A DNA stretch of 64,000 nt from Chiloscyllium plagiosum (GCF_004010195.1 NC_057749.1:20269182-20333181), one strand, 5' to 3'. Positions 37,653 to 50,823 are shown, numbered from the stretch's first letter. Notes: generated from the letters alone by a model not told the origin. Program-made: numbers and translations.

Positions 37653-38285
37653 TCATCTTGAAATAATTTAATGCTCACATTGGTAATGATCTTCCATTGC
37701 CGAAAATCCCCCTTTCGTTGCTGACTGGCCTTCTGAATATTGATCTTTAATTCAACAGTTGTCAAATTGTCCTATGCAGCGGGCACCCCTTGAATTCTTT
37801 CATCATTCCAAAGTGCTGTGTACTTATTGATATTGGGAGATCTGAGCAAGAATTGCCTGCTATTATTGATGCATCCTGGTGGTGAGGAAAGATTCTGTCA
37901 TAATTATCGACACTTTTAAGGGAGAGCTCATATCATTATTTATGAAGGGATGCCTAAAATTTATTGATCTCCTCCCATAAACATCTGTTCAAATCACTGT
38001 AAGCTACTTAAAGTGAAGCTGTGTTTTAATTGCGTATGTTTTATTGAGATCAGTATGTGCTTGGAATTCAATGAGTACAGAAATCTGACACACACGATTT
38101 TAGCCTTTTAGATGCTGAGCGTACTATGGGATAAAATCCCTTATTTCCTATGTGTGGATTGAATTTTTTGAATCTAATGTAAAGTGACTTGAGATACCCA
38201 GGAGAGAGAGAGTATATTGACTCAGAAATTTGCCCCAGTCAGAATATGCCAAATCAAAAGCTAAATGCATTCTTTTTTTTCCTAG

Positions 38286-38371
38286 AGCAAAGCCGCAGAG
38301 ATGACTTGGAGGCTTTAGGACACATGTTTATGTATTTTCTACGAGGCAGTCTCCCCTGGCAGGGATTAAAG
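38286..38371 (+). CDS. CSNK1G1: CK1 gamma-1 exon: [29 protein letters not shown]
   Basis: Acceptor ttcttttttttcctag and donor AAG|gtgagg. CK1 motifs EQSRRDD and LPWQGLK. Confidence 0.97.
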
Positions 38372-38716
38372 GTGAGGCACTTTGCTGATTTTGGGTTTGC
38401 ATTTGAGCTATGTTTAACAATGCACTCAATCAGTAATAACCACTTACATAAGTAGATAATGAACTGTAGTAATTGGAAATCAAAAATGAACTTTTATTTT
38501 TAGGGTGCTTGCTGCAAAGTAATATCTTGCAGTCTATAATTAATATATGTATGTATAATAAATTATAGTTAGTCAATCAGCCCTGACATCCCATAATTTT
38601 ACACATCATGGCTGTATCTGTGAATAAGCTAGCGAATGTGTTTTGAGGCATTATAAGCAATGTCCCAAACCACAAGTCTGAAGCTCTCATTTTAGAATCT
38701 TGAGTTGAATTTAGAG

Positions 38717-38787
38717 GAGAAAGTGAGGTCTGCAGATGCTGGAGATCAAAGTTGAAACTTTATTGCTGGAACAGCACAGCAGGTCAG
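38717..38787 (-). mobile_element. 71-bp Penelope-like terminal fragment flanked by a 49-bp direct repeat
   Basis: gagaaagtgaggtctgcagatgctggaga...cacagcaggtcag. Identical flanks at 38668-38716 and 38788-38836. Confidence 0.8.
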
Positions 38788-40569
38788 AACCACAAGTCTG
38801 AAGCTCTCATTTTAGAATCTTGAGTTGAATTTAGAGATTAATTTACCTTCTCGACAGTGTGCCTTCTCCATTATAATTTGCAGGACATGATGCTTACTGT
38901 TTTGCTTGGGGTTTTTAATCTGGTTAGACAGTGTTTGTAATAGCAATAACTTATGGAAATGTACATGCAGTTAGTCTAATAATGTGATATAGTTTCTGTA
39001 GGATATCCTAAACACTCTGCTGTTAATTGCTGAAGTTCTGAAGACATATGATTTCAAAGTGCTTCCTGCCTTGGTGTTGTAAACTTATGATTACAGGATA
39101 CCATAATTACAGTTTTGGCTCAATGCTGAGCTCAAACTGTTTGTCTGACAAGCCCTGTTCACCATCTGAGAGGAAATAAAACCAGTGCATAAAAGGGCCA
39201 GTTGATCCATTGTGAAGGCCCAAAAATAATCCCACCATCCTGCTTGATCCAGAATTCTTTTCCTTCCTTTGATTCAAATATTTATTAAACTTGTTCTTAA
39301 AAGGTGCAATGGTCTCTGCTGCAATCAGTCTATATAGTGAAGCATTTCATACTCATTAGTTCTCTGTGTTAAGAATAGTTTCTTTGATCTCTCTCCTCAC
39401 TCCTTGTCAACTGTATTCACTTAATGACCATATTCATCACCAGTTCTCCAAACAGAAAATAGTCTTACCATCAGAATTTAGAAATCTCTGTTAAATCTCC
39501 TTGCAACCTTCTCTGCTTTGTGGCAGGATGGATTTCAATGTAAATAAATTAAAAAGTCACCCATCTTGGGCCAGAAAACACAGTGTAGAACAATGAACAA
39601 TAGAGGTGCAAGAAATTTGGGACCTTTTTATGCATCACTAAAACATAGGAAATGCTCAAAAAAAAACTAATGAAATGTTAACTTTTAAAGCTTAGAGATG
39701 GAATATGAATGAGGGGATGTTTTGCTACAGCTTCGGTTCTGAAGGGTCACTGGACGTGAGACAATTAACTATTTCTCTCTCTACAGATGCTGCAGATCTC
39801 CTGAGTTTCTCCAGTAATTTCTGTTTTTGTTACATGATCTCAGACTGTACTAATTGAGATAGTGTTACAGTGTGATGCAATTAATATTTTTAAATTATGT
39901 TGAGATTTTTCCACTGGAGGGGAAATCTAGGGCAATGGGGCATCATCTTAAAGTCAGAGCCAGGGCATTCAAGATCTTACTGAAACATACGTGATCCTGG
40001 GGGTGCTTGACAAGCTGAATGCTGAGAGAATGTTTCCCCTTGAAGTTTCCTTCTCCATTCCACCCCTCTTTCAGCCACCTCCTCGACCTCTATGCCTCTT
40101 AAAGCCACCTTGTCCTTGTGCACCTACAGCTGTGAGAGCCTTGAGGGCTCTGATGTCTCACTGTGTTTTGAGCCATTGAGTTAGGATGCAAAACACACAT
40201 GACCTTTTGAATGACAGAACATTCTCAAGTCGCTGAAAGGCCTATTCATCTGTTTGCCAAACTCTTCTCATGGTTTATCAGCACCTCAGGTACCTTTTTT
40301 TAACCTATCTTTTCACCAGCTCCTTTGATATATTTATCCATCAAGAGTCAATTGTCATTCATCTTGAACAGAATTGAATACAGTGCTGCAGCTTGGACTT
40401 GGCTAAGGCTGAGTGCAACTAAAGCATCACCTTTCACTTTTGAATTCTAATTCTTTTAAAGATGAAGTGAGTTCTGTAGCTATGTATTAGGTTTTGCGTT
40501 TGGTGGAGTTTAGTGATTTGTCTATCTGCGTCTTTAGATTCATACCTCGCTGTTCTTTCCCTTTTAATA

Positions 40570-40955
40570 TAGAGTCATAGAGATGTACAGCACGGAAAAA
40601 GATCCTTCAGTCCAACCCGTCTAGATATCCTAACCTAATCTAGTGCCATTTGACATCACTTGGGCCATATCCCTCTAAACCCTTCCTATTTATGTATCAA
40701 TCCAGATGCCTTTTACATTTTGTGATTGAACCAGCCTGCACTATCTCCTCTGGCAGCTCATTCCATACACGCTTTACCCTCTGCATGAAAAAGTTTCCTC
40801 TTGGGTGCCTTTTAAATTTTTCTCCTCTCACCCTGAACCTATGCCCTTTAGTTCTGGACTCCCTCACCCCAGGGAAAAGACCTTGTCTATTTACCCTATC
40901 CATGCCCCTCATGATTTTATAAACCTCTATAAAGGTCACCCCTCAGCCTCTGACT
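40570..40955 (-). mobile_element. CR1/HER1-type LINE 3' end
   Basis: ORF 40697-40939 has IEVYKIMRGMDRVN...WNELPEE. Tail is tagagtcatagagatgtac. Confidence 0.9.
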
Positions 40956-42234
40956 CTATTTGAGTTCTGTCTACTGAACTCAATTTGCCATATGTTGACC
41001 TGTTCACTTCATGTTTATGTCCCTTTTGTAGCTTCCTATTCTAATTCATAAACTTATTACACCTCCTGATTTACTGTCATCTGAAAACTAAGGTATATAG
41101 CTCTATCTTACTTCATAGAAGCTGCGGGCCCAGGGATGTTACTTTTGATCTCTACTGGACATAAGTCATATTTTTGATCCATACATTGTATGCTGATTAC
41201 TAACTCATTTAACAAGATTTCCCCATACCTTTTACTAATATATTGTGCGGATGTATTGTTAAATGTATCTGCAAGTCCATGTAGAAAACATCCATTTCAC
41301 CTCCTTATTTGCCGTGCTCATGACTCAGAATTCAGTTAGTCAGACATGATCTCACCATTACAATTCCAAGCTAACTTGCCCAAGTTGCTCAATCATTCTA
41401 AACCTGATTAAAGGTTCCAATAATTTCCCCTCGAGCTCTTGACAGGCTTTTAATAATGGAGTGACACTTCCAAGTTTTCAGTCTTTTGGCACGATTCCTG
41501 AATCCAGAGAGCTTTAGAAAATCGTGGCTTTATCTGTTTTGCTCTCATCCTTTAAAAGAGCCTGCAAGCTATTAGGTCTTGGAAATTGTCTAAAATCCTA
41601 TGATCTTTCCAGTTCTGATAAAAAATACAAATGGACATAGCTACATGCTGTTACACTCACTAGGAATAGTTAGAGTAACCAACATGTCTGGATTCCATTA
41701 TCTCTGCATTATTGCTGATGTTATGGAATGAGTCAATCTGGATAGAAACAAAATGATGCCTAGTTATGTTGGTAATAATAGAACTTCCTAGGGTGCCTGA
41801 CCATATGTTATTGCACCTGTACCCAACCTTATTCACAGTGGTCTTGCTTTATAATGCATTTGCCCATATGATATTACACCTGTGTCCAACCTTTCTGTCA
41901 TTTATAAAGCATCATTGATTTGTCTTGTATCCTAAAGCTAGCATCCTTGCTTTATAAGCCCAAGTTATCATTGTGGAAAAAATCTGTTCAGAAAACTAGA
42001 TATTGTAACTTGTTATTTCATGCAAATATTGTTTTTTTTTCATTGGCTGTACTCAGTTGCAGTCAGTGATTTGAATAGTGTGAATGGGATAATGAGGATT
42101 TGCCAGAATGAACTCTTCAAGGGGTACCAGTGAAATGAAGAAAGGCACGTGATATTTCTGGAGATGAAGGTGCTGTTTGTTCACAGGCAGTTTGAGTCTT
42201 AAGTTGCTTTAAGAAGTTGATATGAATAGATGTT

Positions 42235-42408
42235 CAAAGTTAAAAATCTCTCAACCCTAGGTTATAGTCCAACAGGTTTATTTGGAAGCACTAGCTTTTG
42301 CAGTGCTCCAAAAGCTAGTGCTTCCAAATAACCCTGTTGGACTATTAACCTGGTGTTCTGTGATTTTTAACTTTGTACACCCCAGTCCAACATCGACATC
42401 TCCAAATC
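42235..42408. mobile_element. Foldback (inverted plus forward) Penelope-like terminal insertion with 13-bp TSD
   Basis: Arms 42235-42300 and 42309-42375 are near-perfect reverse complements. The TSD atgaatagatgtt is at 42222-42234 and 42409-42421. Confidence 0.75.
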
Positions 42409-43759
42409 ATGAATAGATGTTGGTGCCTAGTCCAGAACATTTATACTGTATTAACAGCATCAGAAGTGGTTCTTGATGTTTACAGTCATATCTGTCTGAC
42501 AAACGAGCCAACCCTTTAGAAGGTTGAAGCATTAATGTCAAAAGGAGGAAGGAAGTCATGACCAAATAACACAGCTGCTTCCAACTTTTCTCCTACTTCC
42601 CAGAATACATCTATAATAAATCTCTCATGTCTGAATAAGCTTCCTGTCTACAAAACCTTAATGTTACATTTTTATCACTTTTGTCTTATTCTGTTACAGT
42701 CTTGACCCCACATTTGTAATGCACACTACCTATTTTTCACAGCGATGTTCCATTGGAGGTGACATTGTAATGTATTGCTTTGCCTTATGTTGTGGTGGAG
42801 AGAAATTTATCTCAGTAAATTAAATAGCATTGCTGCCCAAATGGTCATAGTGTTTTATTTCTAACCGGAATTGTAATATATTCTCGGAAAATGAGGGCTA
42901 TATTTTTCTGATTAGGTAACAGGGACTGAATTATACTCCTGCACCTGGTCCAATTATCCCCTGTCTTTTATCTCTGCTTCATCTGAGGACTCGACTGCTA
43001 CTTGACTCCCCATGTATAACACCATGGGAGATCAATTAAGAACAGTTGAACTCACTGCAGGAGCTGTGCTGGCAGTAGGGCTTCTGATTTAAACTAAAAC
43101 AAGGCAACTGCATTGAAACTTGAGAGCAGTGCCAAGCATTCGTGCAGGATTTATTTAAGAGTCAAAACATTTTACAACACGATAAAAGGACCTTCGGCCC
43201 ATCTTTACCAGGCTGGTCATCAAGCGTCTATATATTCTAATGCAATTTTCATCACTTGCATGGCCTATAGCCTTGCATGTTATGGCATATCAAGTAGTCA
43301 CTTAAATACTAGTGCAAAGTCTAGAGGTTTCCCCCTCTATCACCCTTTTAGCCAGTGAGTTCAGATACCCACCATCCTCTGGGTGAAAGCGTTTTTCCTC
43401 TCATTCCTTCTAAACCTCCTGTTCCTTATCGTAAAACTGTCCCCTGATCCCTCTGCCTAAGGGAAGAGTTTTTCCCTATCAATGCCTCAAAGGTATGGAC
43501 TATTTTAAATACTGTGCAGGGGTACAATAGTCATAAGTGTTGATGGAGGCACTTAAGATATTTTATTGTCAGGAACTGCCTATAGAACAGGGAAACCCCA
43601 TCACATGCTGCACCTGGAAACCTAGTAACTGAGAAGCTTGCAGAGTTTCTCTTTGTCAGATATGCATTGCCTGGTTTTAATCTTGTATGGCTCTGCTTTA
43701 TTCAGCTGAAGCCCAAAAATATTTAGGTTACTAAATTACAAGTTTTGGGTATTGTAGGG

Positions 43760-46290
43760 ACATAAGGTCTAGCAACAGAAGTAGGCCATTTATCCCATCT
43801 GCTCCGCTGTGCCATTCAGTGAGATTGTGGCTGATCAGATAATCCTCAACTGCACTTTCCTGCCTTTTTCCCATAATCCTTGATTCCCTTACTGATTAAA
43901 AATCGAAGTTAACCTTGAATATTCTTAATACGCCAGCCTGTGCAGCCCTTTGGGATAAAGAATTCCACAAATTCACTGTCCTTGGAGAGAAGCAATTCTT
44001 CCTCATCTTTATCTTAAATGGGCGATCTCTTCTTCTGAGATTATACGCACTGGGCCTGGACTCTCCCACAATGAGAAACAGTTTCTTCTGTCAAGTTCCT
44101 TTTAAGAATCTTGTATGTTTTAATGAGGTCTTCTCTTATTCTTCTAAACTCCAATGAGAACCCATCCAATCAACTCAACTTCTCCTCACCCTTTTTGAGT
44201 AAGGGTGTTATATTGGCAGTGTTCCAGTACCCAGAATCAATTGAGTGAATCTTCTCTGGAGAAACGAATTTAACATTTGGCGTCCAATACGATATCAGAA
44301 CTGAGTTAGTTCTGCTTCACTCTTCACAGATGCTATCAGACCTGCTGAGTTTCTCCAGCATTATCTGCTTTTATGCCAGCATACCTCCTCTTAGATAAGG
44401 GAACCACTACTGTTCACAGTAATACAGATGTGATCTGACTACTGCCTTGTATAGTTTTAGTGAGACTTCTTTTTATTTTTGAACTCCTATTCCCTTTGAA
44501 ATAAAAGCCCACATTCAATTTGCCTTACTTATTACCTATTGAACTTGGAAGGTGGCTTTTAGTGAGTCATGCTCGAGGACTCTCTTATTCCTCTGTACTA
44601 CATTAATCTGCAGTTTTCGTCCATTTAAAATACATTCACGTTTTCTATCCTTCTTGCTGAAGTGCATCATCTCATGTTTTCCCACCCTAAATTCCATTTG
44701 CTGAGTTTTTGCCCACATATTTAGCCTGTCTACTATTTCCCTACGTTGACTGTCATCCTCAAAACTTGCCTTCCCATCTATTTTAGTGTATTCTGTGAAG
44801 TTTGCAATCATACATTCACTTCCTTCGTTCAAGTCAGTACATAAATTGCAAATAGTTGTGGCATCAGCACTGATTCTATTGCACTCCACTAGTTAATAGG
44901 TTGTCATCCTGAAAGTACCTCTCATCTCAGCCACCACGTCTTCTATTAAGTAACCAATTCTCTATCCATACTACCCTCGACCTCTAATATTTCCTGCAGA
45001 TGTGCAGATCTCTGAGGTCCGTTTGGCAGTGGCTTCCAGAACATGAAGTCGATATGCTGTGCATGGCATGCGCAGACCCTCCAAGAAGCTGCACGGCCAT
45101 GCATCTTAGAGGAAACTTTGCCCAATACCATGGACTCATTTTATTAAGTAGCCTTATGTGCAGTACGTTATCAAATGTCTTTTGGAAATCCAAATATATT
45201 GCATTCATTAGTTCCCCATTATCTATCTTGCTTGTTAGCACCTCAAAGATCTCAACTGCATATTTCAGGCATGATTTTCCCTTTATGAAGCCATGCTGAC
45301 TCTGCTTGATCGTATTATGTTTTACCAAATGGTCTGTAATACAGGTTGTTCTGCTATAACGCGTGTTTCATTAACACAAATTCACTATAATGCGATTGAC
45401 GAATTGGGGACACTCTTTCTAAAGTGCGAACTTTTCAACGTGTGTTGTCTGTAAAGCAATTGCATCACCGGCACTTTAAGCATTGTTTCTCAAGTGCGAT
45501 TTTTCTGTAATGCAGCATTGCACAAGAACACAACCATTGTGTCAGAGAAGAATTATCTGTAGACACATTTTCCCAATGAAAGATGTCCAGCTAGATGGCT
45601 TATAGTTAACCTTTTTATTGCCTACCTCCCTTTTTGAATACATGTGTTACATTGGCAGTTTTCCAATTCTCTGAAACGTTTTCAGAATCTAAAGACTCTT
45701 GGAATACTACAATCAGTGTATCTACTATCTCTCTAACTACTTACTTTAAGACCTTAAGATATAACTCGTCAGGTCCAGGGAACCTATTGGCCATTATTCC
45801 TGTTAGTTTCCGTAGTAATTTTTTTCTTGTGCAAGTTATTGTTTGTTTCCTCGTCCTCCTCACCCAGTCCCTTGATTATTGAATATTTCTGGAATGCTAT
45901 CAATGTCCTCTACAGTAAAGACTGATGCAAAGTATTTTTTTCAACTTCTCTGCAGTTTCAAGGTTCCCCACTTTAATTTGGTTCTCCAAGGGGACTATTT
46001 ATACTTTTGACTTTCTCTTCCTCTTTATATCCATAATGAAGCTCTTGCTATCTGTTTTATGTTACTTGTTAGTTTTCCCTTGTGGTTTATTTCCTACCTC
46101 TTATTATTTTGGTCACCATTTGTTTTGTCTTGTAAAGCTTTCCCAATGCTCTGGTTTACCACTAATCTTTGCCACGTTGTATGTTTTTCCTTACAATTTG
46201 GCATTATCCTTAACATCCTTGATTAACGATGATTGATTTCTCCTGAGCCTAGAGTCCTCCTTCCTCACTGGGACTCATCTTTGTTTTGAA
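43760..46290 (-). mobile_element. Long decayed CR1-type LINE with nested insertions
   Basis: ORF 44984-45328 has QHGFIKGKSC...YLDFQKTFDNV. ORF 44536-44889 is an RT-region remnant. The tail is at about 43765. Confidence 0.8.
45342..45559. mobile_element. Tc1/mariner (Tigger-like) MITE
   Basis: TA|CAGGTTGTTCTG...AGAATTATCTG|TA: degenerate terminal inverted repeats with a TA duplication, nested in CR1. Confidence 0.6.
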
Positions 46291-46717
46291 TCATGAACTG
46301 TCTGCAATGGCAACATAACAGTGCAAGCTTCCTGTTGCATGTACAGCCAATTCCGCCCATCTGTTTCGGCAATAACCTTTGTCTCCTATATTTGATGCTC
46401 TGTTTGAAGCATGCTTGCCTGTGTTTTTCTTCAGGCCCCATTCGTGTCTTAGATTGGTCACAGTGCCTGTACACTGTGGTTCTGTGCGACTGATATGTTG
46501 GATTACTGAGCAATGGCACAGAGAACCATTGACTCAGGACCAACTTTCCATCATCCTGTGTTTAAGGGCAGTCACCCTGAAATTGGACTCTGCATATTTT
46601 CTGACCCCTCCCTCTTTCCACAAAACCATGATTGCTGAGTGATCATAGGCTTAATGCCAATGTGTTGTGAGAGGAGCAGGGGATTTTTCGGTCAGGAGGC
46701 AGAGAGTGTTGAATTGT

Positions 46718-47017
46718 GGGCGACACGGTGGCACAGTGGTTAGCACTGCTGCCTCACAGCGCCAGAGACCCGGGTTCAATTCCCGCCTCAGGCGACTGAC
46801 TGTGTGGAGTTTGCACGTTCTCCCCGTGTCTGCGTGGGTTTCCTCCGGGTGCTCTGGTTTCCTCCCACAGTCCAATGATGTGCAGGGCCAGGTGAATTGG
46901 CCATACTAAATTGCCCATAGTGTTAGGTAAGGGGTAAATGTAGGGGTATGGGTGGGTTTCGCTTCGGCGGGTCGGAGGGCCTGTTTCCACACTGTAATGT
47001 AATCTAATCTAATCTAA
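46718..47017 (+). mobile_element. Full-length young HE1-type V-SINE
   Basis: A-box TGGCACAGTGG (46729), B-box GGTTCAATTCC (46773), V-domain, CR1-like 3' end and (TCTAA)n tail. Confidence 0.92.
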
Positions 47018-47207
47018 TGGGTCGAATCACCTCAGAGTTCGTTACTATCCGCTTCAAAGACAAGTCAGTTCCCTGACCAACCACCCTCAATAACTTGTTG
47101 CTCCTTTGTCTTTAACAAGAAGCATAAAGAATTGGATTAAATAAATTCAAGGGATGTTAATACTGGTATATGTTTGCTTTTGAAAGGAGGGTGGCTTAGG
47201 TTCTATA

Positions 47208-47408
47208 CAGGCGGTCCTCAATTTACAAATATCTGACTTAAAAATACAATCCCATACAAAGGTTTAATTTTAAAGATTCGACATATGAACATTTCTTGCA
47301 TTATGAACAGCTGTTTTGCATTGCCCTGCATTGTATTCCAACTTGCATACAAATCAGCCAGTGAACTGACTCCAGAATGGGGCTTGTTCATAATCCGGAC
47401 ACTGCTTG
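47208..47408. mobile_element. Tc1/mariner (Tigger-like) MITE
   Basis: TA|CAGGCGGTCC...GGACACTGCTTG|TA: degenerate TIRs with a TA duplication. Confidence 0.55.
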
Positions 47409-47735
47409 TACAAGGCTTCTCAAAGCAGGGGCTGGGGCCCCCAAGTTTGGCCACAAGCTAAAATTCTGGGGCCATGAGCACTGAGGCAGTAATGATGAAC
47501 CAAGTTATAACAGTTATACGCCTGCTGTAATAGGCCTCTGTTCTCTCAGCCCCTAAACCTGTTCTTTCGTCGTCGCTGAGAGGTCATAACTATTCTCAAG
47601 CCTCAGAATTCTGTTGCGTTAGGATAAAAGTTTGGGTCGTGTTGTCCTATATGGTATGTGATTCTTTTCTAAAAATAAAAGAGAACTAACAACTCACCTG
47701 GTACATGGAACTACTCAAGTAAGAGAAGTATGATA

Positions 47736-48013
47736 GAAATGAGCAGGAATGAAGTCCAACACATTGGCATAAGTTGAGATAATGCTGAAGTGAGAGGAGC
47801 TCACCCAGGACGCAGATCTGACCAGCCGGCTCTGAACAAATTCTTTCTCAGCTTCTCAAAACTTGGTGAACGTAGAAATAACACAAGTTTTGATGAGCTG
47901 AGAAAGAGTTTATTCAGAGCCGGCTGATCAGGTCTATGTCCTGGGCAAGCTCCTCTCACTTCAGCATTATCTTAACTTATGCCAATATGTTGAATTTCAT
48001 TCCTGCTCATTTC
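47736..48013. repeat. Long inverted repeat (130-bp arms, 18-nt spacer)
   Basis: 47736-47865 versus the reverse complement of 47884-48013 gives 116/130 identical with no gaps (manual alignment). Confidence 0.97.
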
Positions 48014-48059
48014 CAAGCTAAATCTTCTTTTATTTGCCATATTTTCATCCAATCTTTCT

Positions 48060-48545
48060 TTGGACTGGAGAAGTTGGGGCTTTTTTTTGTTTGGAGAGGA
48101 GGCTGAGAGGAGATTTGTTCAAAATTTGGTGTCTGGACAGAGCAGATAGAGAGAAACTATTACAACTTGAGAAAAGACTAAGAAGGCACACGTTCAAAGC
48201 AGTTGGTAAAAGTTGCAAAAGTGACATCAGGAAAAATGTGCAGCAAGTAGTTGCACTGGAGCGCACTGCCTGTGAGTGTAGTAGGTTTACTTGAGGCCTT
48301 CCAAAGAGAATTAGACCAGTACCTGAAAAGCAAACTAAAATGGTACTGTGAGAAGGATGGACTCATTACTACTTCAGGGCTCATAACCCCAAAATTTCAG
48401 GTCGTAGCTAAACTTGGAGTCCCAACTCCTACTTCGAAAAGCCTTGTACAAGCAGTCCCTAGTATGAGAATTGCTCTTTTTGAGAGCCGGCAGAAATTTC
48501 TTGGGCCGAATGGTCTCTTTCTGCACTGTAATAATTCTGAGATTC
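48060..48545 (+). mobile_element. Decayed CR1-type LINE 3' end with a 94-bp inverted local insertion
   Basis: LERRLRGDLFKI (ORF 48034-48294). Tail gagagccggcag...gggccgaatggtctctttctgcactgtaataattctgagattc. Confidence 0.75.
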
Positions 48546-50519
48546 CCTCACAAATGGAAAAAGAATCCATGTTTAATATTTTATCTCTGCTTTCCTAAGT
48601 TCCATCCCTTAGTTGATGAAAGCTTGTAACATTCAAGGTACTGAATATCCAAAGCAAAATTTAGAAATTATTTCCACGTTCACCAGGTATTACATAAAAT
48701 CTTGCTCGCTCATGCGTAGTTCTTTTTATCATATACAAATGCAATTTTAATGAAAAGATTTAGATATTGAGTCACCATTCTTGTTTTCAGTTTTAGTCAA
48801 CGAAAATCCATTTGAAGGAATAATAAATAGACTTTGTTGCCTATTGTGGTCTGTTTATCAAAGGGGAGTTTTCTAGACAAACGCACACAGGTTTGCAACT
48901 GATCTGTTGTGAGGGTTACATATTACTGGTAAACACCAGCTGCTGAGAGCTTGTGCGTGGGCATGTAATGCTTTGATTTATTATTTCAAATTGTTATCTG
49001 ATTTACAATGCTAATTTCACATCAATATTCCACCTGTCATAAATAGGAGAGACCAGAGGATGAAATACTATACTGCAGACATTTTTTATACTTGTCTTGG
49101 TTGCTACATGAAAATCTGCTATAACAAATAAACACTTTTCTTTGAGAATGAGCATGCATTTGCATGATAAATGTACATACATAACAGTTGTCTTGCACTT
49201 TAGCGACAAATATTTTGCCTGATTTCAATGTGAAAGTAAGTTGTAGGAGAATGGAAGAGGTTGAAGCCAATAATGACCATCTCATCGGTATCTGCTGATG
49301 CATAATCATAGAATCTTGCAGTATGGAGGCAGACTATTTGGCCCATTCAGACTTGTGCTGATGCGTTCACAATTTGCAGCAATTGTGGTGATCCATAGGC
49401 CAAAGGTTGGAGGAGAAGCAGGCCATTCAGCCCATTGAATTTGCTCTGGCATTCCCTGAGATCATGGCTGATCTGATAGTCCTCAACTCAATTTTCCTGC
49501 CTTTGCAATATCACCCTGATTCCCTTTACTGATTAAAAATTCGTCTGTTTCAGACTTGAATGTTCTTAATGACCCAGCCTCTACAGCCCTCTGCGATTTT
49601 AAAAAAAAATAATTCCACAGACGCGCAACTCTCTGAGAGATGACATTCCTGCTTTGCGATTTAATGTGATCATGGCAGATCTCATTGTGGCCTCAATTCC
49701 ACTTTTCCTGTCCATTCTCCATAATGTTTAACCCATTACTAATTAAAAAAACCTACTTCCTTCTTCAGTTCCAACCTCAATGTCATGAAAATAATTTACC
49801 GTATGAATTCTGTGGAAGAAACAGCTATTTGTGATTCCTGTGTGGTTTAAGACTCTTGTTGTGCCAGCTTGCTGTATTGCAGGCGTACTTGGATTCAGAA
49901 AGTGGGTTCCGATTGAGTTGCTCATCTATCTACAGCATATTTAAATTCAAAAGGCTGGCTGGAACCAGGGAGTCAGGAAACTCTCTACTGTGTATCTGGG
50001 TTTACTAGGTTAATGCCTGGAACGAATGGGTTGCTTTATGAGGATAGGCTGGGTAGACCAGGTTTGTTTCCACTGGAAGCTTGAGGGGTGATTTGTTTGA
50101 AGTATATAAGATCTTGACATGGACCTCAATGTTTACTCTTGTGCATGTATCCTGAAATAGAGGAGATTAAAATTGTGTTTCCCTTTTTGAAGATTTGTTT
50201 TGTGTTGTGAGACTGTAGAACTCGCTGAACTGGAGGTGAGGTCATCCAATATTTTTAAAGCAGATATATATACATATATATAGAGCTTGTTAGGCAGGGG
50301 AATCGAAGGTTACCAACAGTCAATGGGAATGTGGAGTTTGATGCGCAAATCAGATCATCCATGATCTTCTTTAACGGTGGGGCAAGGTCAAGGGGCTGAA
50401 TGATCTACTCCTTTCTTTTTGTTTAAAATATGTTTAAAATCCTTTCTTTTTGTTCCCTCATATTGTACATGAAATGGGAAACTTGAGTGTTGGGGATGTC
50501 AGGTGTGTGACTGAATCAG

Positions 50520-50823
50520 AGTCATCGTAGAATCCCGACAGTGTGGAAACAGGCCATTTGGCCCATCAAGTCCACACTGACCCTCCAAAGAGCCTCCTTC
50601 CCTATCCCTGTAACCCTGCATTTCCCATGGCTAATTCAGCCAATTTGCCATGGCCAATCCACTTGACTTGCGCATTTTTAGACTGTAGACTCCGGAGCAC
50701 CCGGAGGAAACCCACGCAGACACGGGGAGAATGTGCAAACGCCACACAGACAATCACCTGAGGGTGGAATTGAACCTGGTGCTGTGAGGCAGCAGTGCTA
50801 GCCACTGAGCCACTGTACCACCC
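50520..50823 (-). mobile_element. HE1-type V-SINE
   Basis: ccggagcacccggaggaaacccacgcagacacggggagaatgtgcaaac. Confidence 0.85.

Noticed and set aside
46718..46800. tRNA gene
   Set aside because: The A and B boxes belong to the tRNA-derived head of a multi-copy V-SINE followed by a V-domain and LINE tail.
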